Virus record (IMG/VR): IMGVR_UViG_3300027736_001324
Coordinates: 199,710-263,709 of that record
DNA length: 64,000 nucleotides
Direction: 5' to 3' (one strand)
Positions 49,171-58,909 of this stretch are shown here, piece by piece. Position 1 is the stretch's first letter. Every line of letters begins with the position of its first letter. Made by a program: the position numbers and the translations under genes. A model generated the notes under the pieces. The model made no database searches. It had not been told where the DNA came from and was given only the letters and a program-made list of their open reading frames with translations.

Positions 49171-49389
49171 ATGAAAGCAAATATCAAAGAATTAGCCGCC
49201 AAAGCAGGATTGGCTAAGGTTATAATCCATCCTACTTCGGACAGTGGAGTTTTTATTTCACTTGATCCTGAGTCGGAAAATAAATTAAAAGAATTTGCTA
49301 AATTGGTTGCGGTAGAATGTTCTACAATTGCTGATAAAGCAGAACCATATAAAGCATCTGATTTAATAAAAAAACATTTTGGAGTATGA
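49171..49389 (+). CDS. MNERI/HFGV paralogue family small protein
   Basis: KEFAKLVAVEC...IKKHFGV. Confidence 0.7.
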   Translation: MKANIKELAAKAGLAKVIIHPTSDSGVFISLDPESENKLKEFAKLVAVECSTIADKAEPYKASDLIKKHFGV

Positions 49390-49577
49390 CAATGGCATTA
49401 TTCGCAGTAGGTGATAAAGTAGAAAAAGTCAGTGGTTACAAATGGCCCGGTATAGTTGTGTCAGTATTTGATACGCTTGACGGTCAACGCAGAGTTGTTG
49501 TAGAATGTACTACTCCAGAAGTAGCAGGTGCTTTGCACATCTATAACGAAGGTCAATTAAGAATTTCTTTGGAGTAA
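49386..49577 (+). CDS. DfrB/R67-dihydrofolate-reductase-like SH3-fold protein
   Basis: F.VGDKVEKVSG..W.G.VV....T.....VE....GALHIY aligns to R67 FGMGDRVRKKSGAAWQG...GSVQIY. Confidence 0.55.
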   Translation: MTMALFAVGDKVEKVSGYKWPGIVVSVFDTLDGQRRVVVECTTPEVAGALHIYNEGQLRISLE

Positions 49578-49580
49578 ATC

Positions 49581-50876
49581 ATGGTATCAGTTGTTAAAAG
49601 TGAATGGCATCAAGTAGAGAAACGATATGGCATTGAAATTGATGCCGATCTATTAAGTGAAATTTATCCTGAATTGGATGAAGATGAAATTGAAGCAAAA
49701 CTTGCCGCACTAGAATCAGGTGAGGAAGATGCTGAAGAAGTTATCAATGAAGCATGGAACAATGATGTAGATATTGATTGGGATTATCTCAATGAAGATG
49801 ATTGGTGGACCGATCGTAAAGGTGGATATGAAGTTACTTACAAAGTAGAAGAATGGAAAGTACATGAAGATTATGTATCTCCCGTTACTCACAAATGTAC
49901 AAAGTGCAAGTGGACTGGAACACAGTATGATGCTGCATGGTCTTGGCAAGATAGTGACGGTAATGAGATAGATGATCCAATCAAGATTTGCCCCATGTGT
50001 GATAGTGCTACTGAATTAACAGAAGTAGGTGTTGAAGAAGCCGCAAAGGATGCTGCTAATAAAGCTAAATGGGCTAAGATTGAAGAAGATGAAGTGGAAG
50101 AAGATGATGAAAACGTCGGTACTCCGCCGAGTGATGAAGAAATGAAGGAGCAAATAGAAGCACTTGACGCACTTGTTAATGAGAAGGTTGCTAGATGGCC
50201 CTTTGATAAAGAAGCGGTAACTGAAGCAGCAGATTTACTTCCAAACTATCCAGCTGGTGAATATACTATTCGTATCTGGGGTCGTACCCGTGAAATTGGG
50301 GTAGGCAAGATTACTAAACAACAATACGACCACTGGAGTCACGAAGATCATAATGATGACCTTTCTGATGCAATGAATGAATCATATGATTATGACGAGA
50401 ACGATACACCAGAGAAAGCACGATTTGATAGTGCTTACTATGAGTACCAAGATGTTCATTCATTCTGGGGCTTTGATGAAGATGATACTCATATGACTAT
50501 TACTGATGAAAGTGGTGAAGAAATTTATGACGGCACCTTAGATGGATTCATTAGTGAAGCACACGGAGATAATGATAGTCGTTGGGATGCTACAGAAGAA
50601 GTTGAAGAATTATATCCTCACTACTTAGGTAAAGGTTACTTTGTGGTATGGACACAAGGTGGTAAGGGTAGTTGTATTCAAACTACTATTGATACTAATG
50701 GTGAAGAGTTTGATCCTCGCAAATTGAAGTATACCACGTGGGATATTGAAGGTAGTTCATGTGTCAATCGTTTGAAATATGATGATGTTGAACTTGATGA
50801 CTATGGTATGGATAGCGAACATGATAACTGGCGCGGGCAATGGTCACAGTTTGATGTTTATCACAACAAAAAATAA
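49581..50876 (+). CDS. Highly acidic multidomain hypothetical protein with Zn ribbon
   Basis: CTKC...CPMC; strongly Asp/Glu-rich. Confidence 0.75.
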   Translation: MVSVVKSEWHQVEKRYGIEIDADLLSEIYPELDEDEIEAKLAALESGEEDAEEVINEAWNNDVDIDWDYLNEDDWWTDRKGGYEVTYKVEEWKVHEDYVSPVTHKCTKCKWTGTQYDAAWSWQDSDGNEIDDPIKICPMCDSATELTEVGVEEAAKDAANKAKWAKIEEDEVEEDDENVGTPPSDEEMKEQIEALDALVNEKVARWPFDKEAVTEAADLLPNYPAGEYTIRIWGRTREIGVGKITKQQYDHWSHEDHNDDLSDAMNESYDYDENDTPEKARFDSAYYEYQDVHSFWGFDEDDTHMTITDESGEEIYDGTLDGFISEAHGDNDSRWDATEEVEELYPHYLGKGYFVVWTQGGKGSCIQTTIDTNGEEFDPRKLKYTTWDIEGSSCVNRLKYDDVELDDYGMDSEHDNWRGQWSQFDVYHNKK

Positions 50877-50881
50877 ATGAC

Positions 50882-51622
50882 ATGAATCCTGTATTATTCA
50901 CCACTCCTAGAACTGGGTCTACACTTATTTGTAGTTTATTAGCAGATATTTTTGATAAAAAAAATTTGAATGAGTTTTTTCGGGACTACCCTATAAATTA
51001 TCAAAAAACTAATGGTATAGTAGTAGGAGAATCCTTTAAGGAAATCCTACACAGTGGCCCACCGTGGCTGGGGAATTTTAAAGATGAACAGTTAAGAAGG
51101 TTAGATTTAATTAAGGGAAATTATAGTTATATTTTTAAGTTATTTGGAGATCCACTAGAACCTGAAATATTAACAGAAATAAAAAATAATTACGATATTA
51201 TTTTCTTGGAAAGAAAAAATAAGATAAGACAAATTTTAAGTTTTTCTCTGCTTGTAAAAAATAATACTACACATTACACCAAACATGATAAAAAAATAAA
51301 TTCAATAATATATAAACCTTGGGTAGCAAAATACATAATAGATAATTATACTTTATATAAAAAATTTAAAAGTGAATTATCTAGTAATTTCACTACAATA
51401 TATTATGAAGATTTCATTGAGCAAGGTGCTAATCATTCGGCATTACTATCTTTATTAAAATTACCAATAGAATATAAGTCAAATATCAGAATTAATGATA
51501 ACTGGATACATAAAGATAGTGCGCCAACTCCATATTCGTCTGACAATCTCGAAGATTTGATTGTAAATAAAAAAACTTGGTTAAGAGATAAAGAAAATAT
51601 TTTAGAAAAACTAAAGGACTAA
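50882..51622 (+). CDS. Sulfotransferase-family protein (Stf0-like)
   Basis: TTPRTGSTL 5'-PSB loop, NEFF, LERKN...QILS 3'-PB, IYYEDF. Confidence 0.7.
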   Translation: MNPVLFTTPRTGSTLICSLLADIFDKKNLNEFFRDYPINYQKTNGIVVGESFKEILHSGPPWLGNFKDEQLRRLDLIKGNYSYIFKLFGDPLEPEILTEIKNNYDIIFLERKNKIRQILSFSLLVKNNTTHYTKHDKKINSIIYKPWVAKYIIDNYTLYKKFKSELSSNFTTIYYEDFIEQGANHSALLSLLKLPIEYKSNIRINDNWIHKDSAPTPYSSDNLEDLIVNKKTWLRDKENILEKLKD

Positions 51623-51624
51623 TA

Positions 51625-52052
51625 ATGTACAAAACAGTTTACACCGAAGTAGAAGTAGATGTTGATTTGAGTGACTTTGAAACCGATGACCTAATTGAAG
51701 AATTAGAAGAACGCGGAGAATTACCTTCACGCACTGGACCTGGACCATATGATAGTAACGAACTAGTAGAACAGATTTGGATGCGTAGACGTAACGGACA
51801 AGACTATCAAAACCTCTTGGATAATTTAATTTATCAAGTTACTGGTCATATAGTATGACACATCCTTTAGTAGGTAAATCATATACCTTTGAAGATGGCA
51901 ATAGGATGGAGATAATCCAAGTAAGAGAAGTAGATGAACTACGTGGTGGTTCTAGTGTTACTTACTTGGCTTATCAAGGTCCTGGCATACCACAAAAATT
52001 AATACTAAATTTAGAACAATTCATAGATATCTACGGTCAGCTATTTGAATGA
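51625..52052 (+). other. Two small hypothetical ORFs (51625-51858, 51855-52052)
   Basis: Coupled ORFs. Confidence 0.65.
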
Positions 52053-52086
52053 CTATTTAGGTAGTCTACTGTAGACTAAATACAAA

Positions 52087-53766
52087 ATGCTTAAAAGAAT
52101 ATTCAGTTTTTCCAACCTCACATTATTAGTAGCATTAATCCTTAGCACTATCGCCGCATGGTATAGTATTATTGGTTTGACTACTATCTTTGCTGGAGCA
52201 GTAGTTCCAGTTATCATCATGGGTTCAGCACTTGAACTTGCTAAGATTACTGCAACAGTATGGTTGCGTAAGTATTGGCATCGTGCTGGATTACTACTGA
52301 AACTATACTTAGTGCCTGCTGTAATGGCTATTGCATTGATTACGAGCATGGGTATCTTTGGATTTTTAAGTAAAGCACACATGGATCAAGGAGTTACATC
52401 AGGTGATGTACAAGCTAAGATAGCAATATATGATGAAAAAATTAAAACCGAAAAAGAGAATATTGAAGCAAACCGCAAGGCACTTAAACAAATGGATGAG
52501 GGAGTGGACCAAGTACTGGGCCGCTCAACAACAGAAACGGGTGCCGAAAAAGCTGTGGCTATGCGAAAGTCCCAGCAGAAAGAACGTACTCGCCTTCAAA
52601 ATGAAATACTACAGTCGCAGAAGTCTATCGCGGGACTTAACAATGAACGTGCGCCTATTGCCGCCGAGGTCCGAAAAGTGGAAGCAGAGGTTGGACCAAT
52701 AAAATATATCGCAGCATTACTATATGGTGATAATCCTGATGCTAATATCTTAGAACGTGCTGTGCGTTGGGTTATTATTTTACTTGTTATTGTTTTTGAT
52801 CCACTTGCATTGATGTTAGTATTGGCTGCTAATCAAAGTAAAGACTGGGATGATGAAGAACCTGTTGAAGAAAAAGTAGAAGAAGATATTTCAGAAGATG
52901 GGTATAAGACTACATGGCCTACTAGACCTCATATACCCGGATACGATGATGAATATGTTAAATATCCAGGCGGCGTTGGGATTACTGAACCCGTAGCAGA
53001 AAAAGAATTTGACATTAAAGATCATCCATACTTGTTCACACCTGCAGGTAGTGATACCCCTCCCGGAATTAAACCAGTTGGTCCACAGGTATATAAACCA
53101 GAAAAAAGTGACACCACACTAGATCCTTGCTATAAGTGTGGTACACCATTAATGATTGCCCCGGGCATCGGTCCGTTCTGTCCAAATAAAGATTGTGATG
53201 TATCAGACAATACTAGCGGAGCAGAACCAATAGAAATTACTTATATTCCACCTGCTCCAATCGTTGATGATGCTCCAAATTTTGAAGCAATTAAAGTTGA
53301 CGGAGAATGGATACAGACCGGGCCTGATTTTAAAGAAACCACTACCGTTAATTTACCGGACACTATAGAATCCAAAACTATTCCTTATCAGGAATTGGAT
53401 GGTGGATATGTAATGTTTGACGGTAAACATATGCACAAAGATGTATTATTGGGTATGCGCCCAGATATGTTAAAATTAGTTGCAGATTCGGGCAGAGCAA
53501 CTAAGACTAGTTTTGGAACATCATTCCCGGGTTTAGCAGCAAAGGGAGATACATTTGTTCGTGTTGATACCTTACCAAATAAGGTTTACAAATTTGACGG
53601 AATCAGATGGATTGTCGTTAACAAGACCCAATCAACTAGCTACCTTTATGACCTGGAATATATTAAATATTTGGTCAAGAAGATAGAATCAGGCGAGTAC
53701 GATATCGAATTATTATCAGATATTGAAAAGCAACAAATTGAAGAATACTTGACCAAAAAAGATTGA
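52087..53766 (+). CDS. Membrane protein with coiled coil, Zn ribbon and acidic/Pro-rich tail
   Basis: N-terminal hydrophobic helices, heptad region, CYKC...CPNKDC; CTAAATA at 52076. Confidence 0.75.
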   Translation: MLKRIFSFSNLTLLVALILSTIAAWYSIIGLTTIFAGAVVPVIIMGSALELAKITATVWLRKYWHRAGLLLKLYLVPAVMAIALITSMGIFGFLSKAHMDQGVTSGDVQAKIAIYDEKIKTEKENIEANRKALKQMDEGVDQVLGRSTTETGAEKAVAMRKSQQKERTRLQNEILQSQKSIAGLNNERAPIAAEVRKVEAEVGPIKYIAALLYGDNPDANILERAVRWVIILLVIVFDPLALMLVLAANQSKDWDDEEPVEEKVEEDISEDGYKTTWPTRPHIPGYDDEYVKYPGGVGITEPVAEKEFDIKDHPYLFTPAGSDTPPGIKPVGPQVYKPEKSDTTLDPCYKCGTPLMIAPGIGPFCPNKDCDVSDNTSGAEPIEITYIPPAPIVDDAPNFEAIKVDGEWIQTGPDFKETTTVNLPDTIESKTIPYQELDGGYVMFDGKHMHKDVLLGMRPDMLKLVADSGRATKTSFGTSFPGLAAKGDTFVRVDTLPNKVYKFDGIRWIVVNKTQSTSYLYDLEYIKYLVKKIESGEYDIELLSDIEKQQIEEYLTKKD

Positions 53767-53821
53767 TTCTTTATCCCAACTAGTGTATAATACTAGTATC
53801 ATTAACTAACTGGAGTTATCC

Positions 53822-54451
53822 ATGAAACTTAAACTTGCCGCTATTGCGATTGCTATCGCATTTACAGGCTGTGCCTCAACTAAAAATGAAGGCGATGGCC
53901 CCGTAAAAACACAGAAACTTTCTACATCATTTGCTGGTGAGAAAATTAAAATTGAAACCAACTGCACTTGGTACAAGTTTTGGAAAACTGAATGTGAGGT
54001 AATTGCTATTGAATCTACTGCGACTGCTACATCATTCGGTAATACTTCAAACAACCGTAAAACTGCATTGACAGTTGCTGAACTGCGGGCTAACTCTCAT
54101 GTAGCAGAATTTATGTCTAAAGATATTTCTACTACCCGTGTTACATCTACTATTGCCAAGAATCTAGAAAAAGCAAATGATAAAGTCAAATCTGGAAACC
54201 CAGATGGGGCTACTGTAGAAATGACAGACAAGGAAGCTGCGTCTATTAGTTTGCGTGAAAACAACAACGAAACAATACATACTCTTACTGAAACAATTCG
54301 TACTAATTCACAAGCAATCCTTAAAGGATTTATCAAAATCAATGAAGAAGTAGTTGGCAATCAGGAAGTATTAGTTACTATTCGTTGGGATAAAGATACT
54401 GAACGTGCTGCCGAAACGTTGCGTAGGAAATTCAGCCCTAACCAGAACTAA
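53822..54451 (+). CDS. Lipoprotein (LPP20-like)
   Basis: Lipobox FTG-C; TTGATT-17 bp-TATAAT promoter at 53763-53791. Confidence 0.75.
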   Translation: MKLKLAAIAIAIAFTGCASTKNEGDGPVKTQKLSTSFAGEKIKIETNCTWYKFWKTECEVIAIESTATATSFGNTSNNRKTALTVAELRANSHVAEFMSKDISTTRVTSTIAKNLEKANDKVKSGNPDGATVEMTDKEAASISLRENNNETIHTLTETIRTNSQAILKGFIKINEEVVGNQEVLVTIRWDKDTERAAETLRRKFSPNQN

Positions 54452-54454
54452 AAC

Positions 54455-55420
54455 ATGTTAAAGCTACTTTGTTTAGTAGCATGTTTCTTAGTTAACAATG
54501 TAGTCGCAGCCGAAAAATACATTCGTGTTACCGGCGAGGCTACTACTATTGAACAAGCAAAAGAAAATGCTTTCCGTACTGCTGTTCAACAACAGGCAGG
54601 AGCAATTGTACTAAGTGAGCGTCAAGCTACATCTGGTACATTATCTAAAGATAACATATCATTGTTTAGCGCAGGATATGTTGATGACTTCAAAATTATT
54701 GACGTAAACCAAAATGGTTCTACTATTATAATCACTATGGATGTATTAGTTTCTGATAGTAAATTACTTAACCAAGTACTTACTACAGGGAGAACTGAAC
54801 AGGGTATAGATGGCAATCGTGCCGGTACCGCGGTAAGTACTTACTTGGATCAAAAACAAAAAGGTGATCAAATGTTAGACATGGTGTTAAACACCTATCC
54901 ACAGAATGCCTTTACTATTCAACAAAAGCCTTTTATTATTGCTATGGATAGTTATCGTAATACTTTATTACAAATACCATATACAATTAAATGGAATAAG
55001 GATTATATCTATTCATTGAATGAGGCATTAACATTACTGGAAGACAAGGTTGGATTCTTTCAAGAGGCACCTGCTAAAATTATCATAGGTGATAAGGATC
55101 CAATCGGTGCATATGCGGGGAAATGGCAACATAAATTTAATGATTTAATAACATACAACAAAATTGTAAATTCAATGAAGGATGATCGTGCTGCACGATT
55201 TTTATTAGAGATATATGACAACGGCGGAGAATTGTTATATCATACATGTTATACAATGCCAATGTTCTATTCTGTTCAATTTAAACAATTAATGTTTACA
55301 ACTTCTAGAATTGAAACATCATACTTACAAGCAACAATTGACCACGAGCATAGATATGTTATAGATCGGGCAAGCAGAATTGAAGTATCATCTGTTCCAG
55401 ATAGTAAATGTCACTGGTAA
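54455..55420 (+). CDS. Exported protein with LPP20/FlgT-like N-terminal domain
   Basis: Signal peptide; G.A.TIEQAKENA...AVQQ pattern. Confidence 0.6.
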   Translation: MLKLLCLVACFLVNNVVAAEKYIRVTGEATTIEQAKENAFRTAVQQQAGAIVLSERQATSGTLSKDNISLFSAGYVDDFKIIDVNQNGSTIIITMDVLVSDSKLLNQVLTTGRTEQGIDGNRAGTAVSTYLDQKQKGDQMLDMVLNTYPQNAFTIQQKPFIIAMDSYRNTLLQIPYTIKWNKDYIYSLNEALTLLEDKVGFFQEAPAKIIIGDKDPIGAYAGKWQHKFNDLITYNKIVNSMKDDRAARFLLEIYDNGGELLYHTCYTMPMFYSVQFKQLMFTTSRIETSYLQATIDHEHRYVIDRASRIEVSSVPDSKCHW

Positions 55421-55457
55421 AAAATAACCAACAAATAATAAAAAGATAAATTAATAT

Positions 55458-56660
55458 ATGACCAACGAATCTAAAATAAACCATTGTTCTTTTTGTGAGT
55501 TACACAAAGATAAAGTTAAGAAATTAATAGTAAGTGAAGGAGTTGCTATATGTAGCGACTGCATCGAATTATGCACCAACCTTATTGAAGATGATAGTTT
55601 AATTGTTGAAGATAAACCTAAAGAAGAAATAAAATATGATCCATCTAGTATTAAAGAATACTTAGATATTCATGTTGTTGGACAGGATAATGCTAAAACA
55701 GTATTAAGTGTAGCTATTGCTAATCACTATAAGCGTATCACTTATCCACCAAAAGATTTAGAGATTGCTAAGGGCAATGTGTTATTAATTGGACCAACTG
55801 GATCAGGTAAAACATTGCTTGCTAAGACTGTAGCAAAATATCTTAAAGTGCCCTTCGTGGTTGCGGATGCTACAAGTTTAACAGAAGCCGGCTATGTTGG
55901 CGATGATGTTGAATCAATGATTAGTATGCTATTAAATGCTGCTGGGGGAGACCCTAGATTAGCAGAGCGTGGCATTGTGTTTGTTGATGAGATTGACAAG
56001 ATTGCCCGTCGTAGTGAATCAACAAGCATTACCCGTGATGTATCGGGCGAGGGTGTTCAGCAAGCATTACTTAAATTAGTTGAGGGCACAGTATGTCGTA
56101 TCCCGGCTGGTGGCGGACGTAAACATCCTGGTGGCGACATGATGGAAATTGATACGAAAAACATCCTATTCATATCAGGCGGAGCCTTTGTTGGTTTGAA
56201 AGATTTGATCGGTAATCGTAAGAATGGCTCTACTATTGGATTTGGTGCTGATATCAAAGACAAAAAAGTAGAGGGTGATTTGACTGAGGTTACCCCAGAT
56301 GACTTAACCAAATATGGAATGATTCCTGAATTTATTGGACGTTTTACTACTACAGTTAGTATAGGGGAATTGAACAAAGAAGAACTATTGCGTGTATTGA
56401 CTGAAGTTAAAAACAACTATATTGCCCAATATACATATCTATTGAGTATTGACAATATTAACCTAGAATTCACCAATGGAGCATTAGAACAGATTGTTGA
56501 AAATTGCTTGAAATTGAAGACCGGAGCACGTGGATTACATACTGAAATTGAGCGTTGCCTAATGCCCCATATGTTTAACACAAAAAAATACAGAGAAAAT
56601 AACATAACTGAGATAAATATAACAAGGGAGCAAGTTTTAGAACCAAAATCAATTATATGA
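55458..56660 (+). CDS. clpX: ATP-dependent Clp protease ATPase subunit ClpX
   Basis: C4 Zn finger CSFC..CSDC; GPTGSGKT; DATSLTEAGYVGDDVE; DEIDK; RDVSGEGVQQALLK; IGF loop. Confidence 0.97.
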   Translation: MTNESKINHCSFCELHKDKVKKLIVSEGVAICSDCIELCTNLIEDDSLIVEDKPKEEIKYDPSSIKEYLDIHVVGQDNAKTVLSVAIANHYKRITYPPKDLEIAKGNVLLIGPTGSGKTLLAKTVAKYLKVPFVVADATSLTEAGYVGDDVESMISMLLNAAGGDPRLAERGIVFVDEIDKIARRSESTSITRDVSGEGVQQALLKLVEGTVCRIPAGGGRKHPGGDMMEIDTKNILFISGGAFVGLKDLIGNRKNGSTIGFGADIKDKKVEGDLTEVTPDDLTKYGMIPEFIGRFTTTVSIGELNKEELLRVLTEVKNNYIAQYTYLLSIDNINLEFTNGALEQIVENCLKLKTGARGLHTEIERCLMPHMFNTKKYRENNITEINITREQVLEPKSII

Positions 56661-56878
56661 GTATAAAAGGAAGACGAGTTATTGTTACTGACGGGAACGT
56701 TGATAAAGCATTACGTAAATTCAAAAAGAAGATAACAGACCAAAATCTGTTACAGGAATTGCGTGATCGGGAACAATATGTCAAACCTTCTATACAGCGT
56801 AAAGTGAATCATGGTTTAGCCAAACGCAGATGGCAAAAATACTTGCGTGACCAGAGTCTTCCCAAAAAACTATTTTGA
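56657..56878 (+). CDS. rpsU: Ribosomal protein bS21
   Basis: V.V.DGNVDKALRKFKKK....L.ELRDRE.YVKPS..RK. Confidence 0.9.
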   Translation: MSIKGRRVIVTDGNVDKALRKFKKKITDQNLLQELRDREQYVKPSIQRKVNHGLAKRRWQKYLRDQSLPKKLF

Positions 56879-56923
56879 CCTAAATAGTAGAATTTTTTAC
56901 ACATTTCTGATAGAATAAATACT

Positions 56924-56983
56924 TATTGTAGATGCCGATGGTCGGGTCTACAATATAGTCATCTTGCTTAATAGGAGAAAAAT
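56924..56983 (+). promoter_or_regulatory. ROSE-like RNA thermometer leader of hsp20
   Basis: 5' hairpin tattgtaga/tctacaata; TCTTGCT-TAAT-AGGAGA hairpin with bulged G pairing the SD. Confidence 0.6.
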
Positions 56984-57436
56984 ATGACAAAAACTTTACA
57001 CCTTCGTTCCCTTGACATTCCGTCAATTCACAAATTTGCAGTAGGTTTTGATAATATGTTTGATGAAATCTTACGTGTTAATGCTCAACAATCTAATTCA
57101 AACTATCCCCCGTATAATGTCGTTCAAATCAATGAGGATGAGTTTATGATTAGTATTGCAGTGGCTGGATTTGGTCTTGATAATCTTTCAGTAACAAAAG
57201 ATAAAAACTTTTTGATTATTGAAGGCAAGAACACAATCAAAGAAGAAGATTTACCTGACATTAACTATCTACACAAGGGCATCAGCGCAAGAGATTTCCG
57301 TCGTGAATTCAAACTTGCTGACTTTGTAGAGATTGAAAATGCTCATTTAGAATTGGGTATTCTTAATGTTCACTTGAAACGTGAAGTTCCCGAAGAACAA
57401 AAGCCCAGAGCAATTGCTATTACTGCTACTAAATAG
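56984..57436 (+). CDS. Small heat shock protein Hsp20 (IbpA-like)
   Basis: GFDNMFD, NYPPYNV, AVAGF, YLHKGIS.RDF.R.F.LA, G.L.V.L.R.VPEE.KPR.I. Confidence 0.95.
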   Translation: MTKTLHLRSLDIPSIHKFAVGFDNMFDEILRVNAQQSNSNYPPYNVVQINEDEFMISIAVAGFGLDNLSVTKDKNFLIIEGKNTIKEEDLPDINYLHKGISARDFRREFKLADFVEIENAHLELGILNVHLKREVPEEQKPRAIAITATK

Positions 57437-57445
57437 TATAATAGC

Positions 57446-57476
57446 AAGTGTGTAGTCACAGTGGCTACACACTTTT
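57446..57476 (+). terminator. Intrinsic terminator-like hairpin after hsp20
   Basis: aagtgtgtagtcac-a-gtggctacacactt followed by T. Confidence 0.75.
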
Positions 57477-57498
57477 ATAACTAACAATATAAACTACT

Positions 57499-57804
57499 AT
57501 GTCTAAAACAGAAACAAAAATTAAGATCAAGCCTAACCTTGCATTATCCGAGCCTCCGTTGTTCAAAATCATTTATATCAATGATAATGTAACAAGTATG
57601 GAATTTGTCGTAGGTAGTTTAATTGATTACTTTAATTATAACCAAGACACTGCACAAACGATTACACATAATATCCACGAAGAGGGTAGTGCAATTGTTG
57701 CTGTTTTACCTTATGAGATTGCAGAACAAAAAGGTATTGAGGTTACACTTGACGCACGTAGTCAAGGATTCCCATTACAAGTGAAAGTTGAAGCTGAAGC
57801 CTAA
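57499..57804 (+). CDS. clpS: ClpS N-degron adaptor
   Basis: P..FKII..ND.VTSMEFV, IHEEG, AEQK, A....FPL. Confidence 0.9.
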   Translation: MSKTETKIKIKPNLALSEPPLFKIIYINDNVTSMEFVVGSLIDYFNYNQDTAQTITHNIHEEGSAIVAVLPYEIAEQKGIEVTLDARSQGFPLQVKVEAEA

Positions 57805-58499
57805 ACTGTAACCGCAATCCTCTTAGCCCAATAGGGGTTTCTTTTGAAACTACTATTATTAATGTAGTTGATATCATTTATACTGGTATCAACTACTTTT
57901 TTATATGTGCCGTACAACCAATGTGATACTTTAGTTTCAGTGTCGGCTAATAGGGCAATACTTAAATTAAGTTGCGTATCTATTGTTGAGGGATGTTCTC
58001 CAAAGTATAAATCTATACTAGGAACTGAGTTAGAGACTACTACAATACGTTTAACATCTAAATGTTTTTGTAGTCGTTCAATTGTATTTTTGAGATATAA
58101 TATATCCTCATTGCGATGAACCTCTATGATGCTAGCGGTTTCATCTTCATATACAGTATTACCATACCAGCCATTAGCGCCAATAACCGCTATACCATCA
58201 ATAACAACCACATGATGGTGCATCAATGCTAGGTTACGAATATTGCGACATGCTTTATGGATTTCTTCAGTTCTTTTTGCAACATCACCTGTATTGTGAT
58301 ATTCTAGTGAACCTAGAGTATAGAATATGCCCTGATAGAATTTTGACAAATGCGATAAAGTTTGCTTAATCGTGCGTAAATCTTCACTAATATTTCCTGC
58401 TATTATACAGTATAAACTAGTTGCTTTTCCTTCCCAATCAAAACTATCATCGGGAGATAGATTTAGGTCACTAATTAAGTCAAACCCTATCGTAGTCAT
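57801..58499 (-). CDS. Degenerate calcineurin-like metallophosphoesterase
   Basis: SDLN/AGNI/LGSLEY/SNSVP/YGTY occupy the positions of DLH/GD/GNHE/HH/GHxH. Confidence 0.6.
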   Translation of the reverse strand: MTTIGFDLISDLNLSPDDSFDWEGKATSLYCIIAGNISEDLRTIKQTLSHLSKFYQGIFYTLGSLEYHNTGDVAKRTEEIHKACRNIRNLALMHHHVVVIDGIAVIGANGWYGNTVYEDETASIIEVHRNEDILYLKNTIERLQKHLDVKRIVVVSNSVPSIDLYFGEHPSTIDTQLNLSIALLADTETKVSHWLYGTYKKVVDTSINDINYINNSSFKRNPYWAKRIAVTV

Positions 58500-58838
58500 T
58501 TATTTTGCAATGCTAATTTTAGGCTTTTTTGCAGCAGCAGGTGCTTTCGCTTTTGCTGGCGCTTTTTCTGCTTTTGGCTTAGCAGGTGCTTTAGCAGCGG
58601 CAGGCTTTGCGGCCTTTGGTGCTTTAGGCTTTGCTACTGCGTTTGGCTCAGGTATAGTTTCTTCAACAATATAAGAACCTCCCATATCATGTGCTATTTT
58701 AGTCTCGGGAACCATTGGAATTGGTGTTGCCGCTGGCTCCGGAACCTTATAAGGTGCACCACCCGGTGCAACCACATCGGCCGGGCGACTCTCGCTATAT
58801 GGTCCTATACCAAACAGATTTTTTAGAAATTTTAACAT
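58500..58838 (-). CDS. Histone-H1-like Ala/Lys/Pro-rich protein
   Basis: KAPKAAKPAAAKAPAKPKAEKAPAKAKAPAAAKKPK; minus-strand GTAAATA at 58856-58862. Confidence 0.7.
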   Translation of the reverse strand: MLKFLKNLFGIGPYSESRPADVVAPGGAPYKVPEPAATPIPMVPETKIAHDMGGSYIVEETIPEPNAVAKPKAPKAAKPAAAKAPAKPKAEKAPAKAKAPAAAKKPKISIAK

Positions 58839-58909
58839 AATTTTCTCCTTCATTGTATTTACTATCGGGTAACAATTTTATATTTTTTTCTTCAGATAAA
58901 TACTAAACT

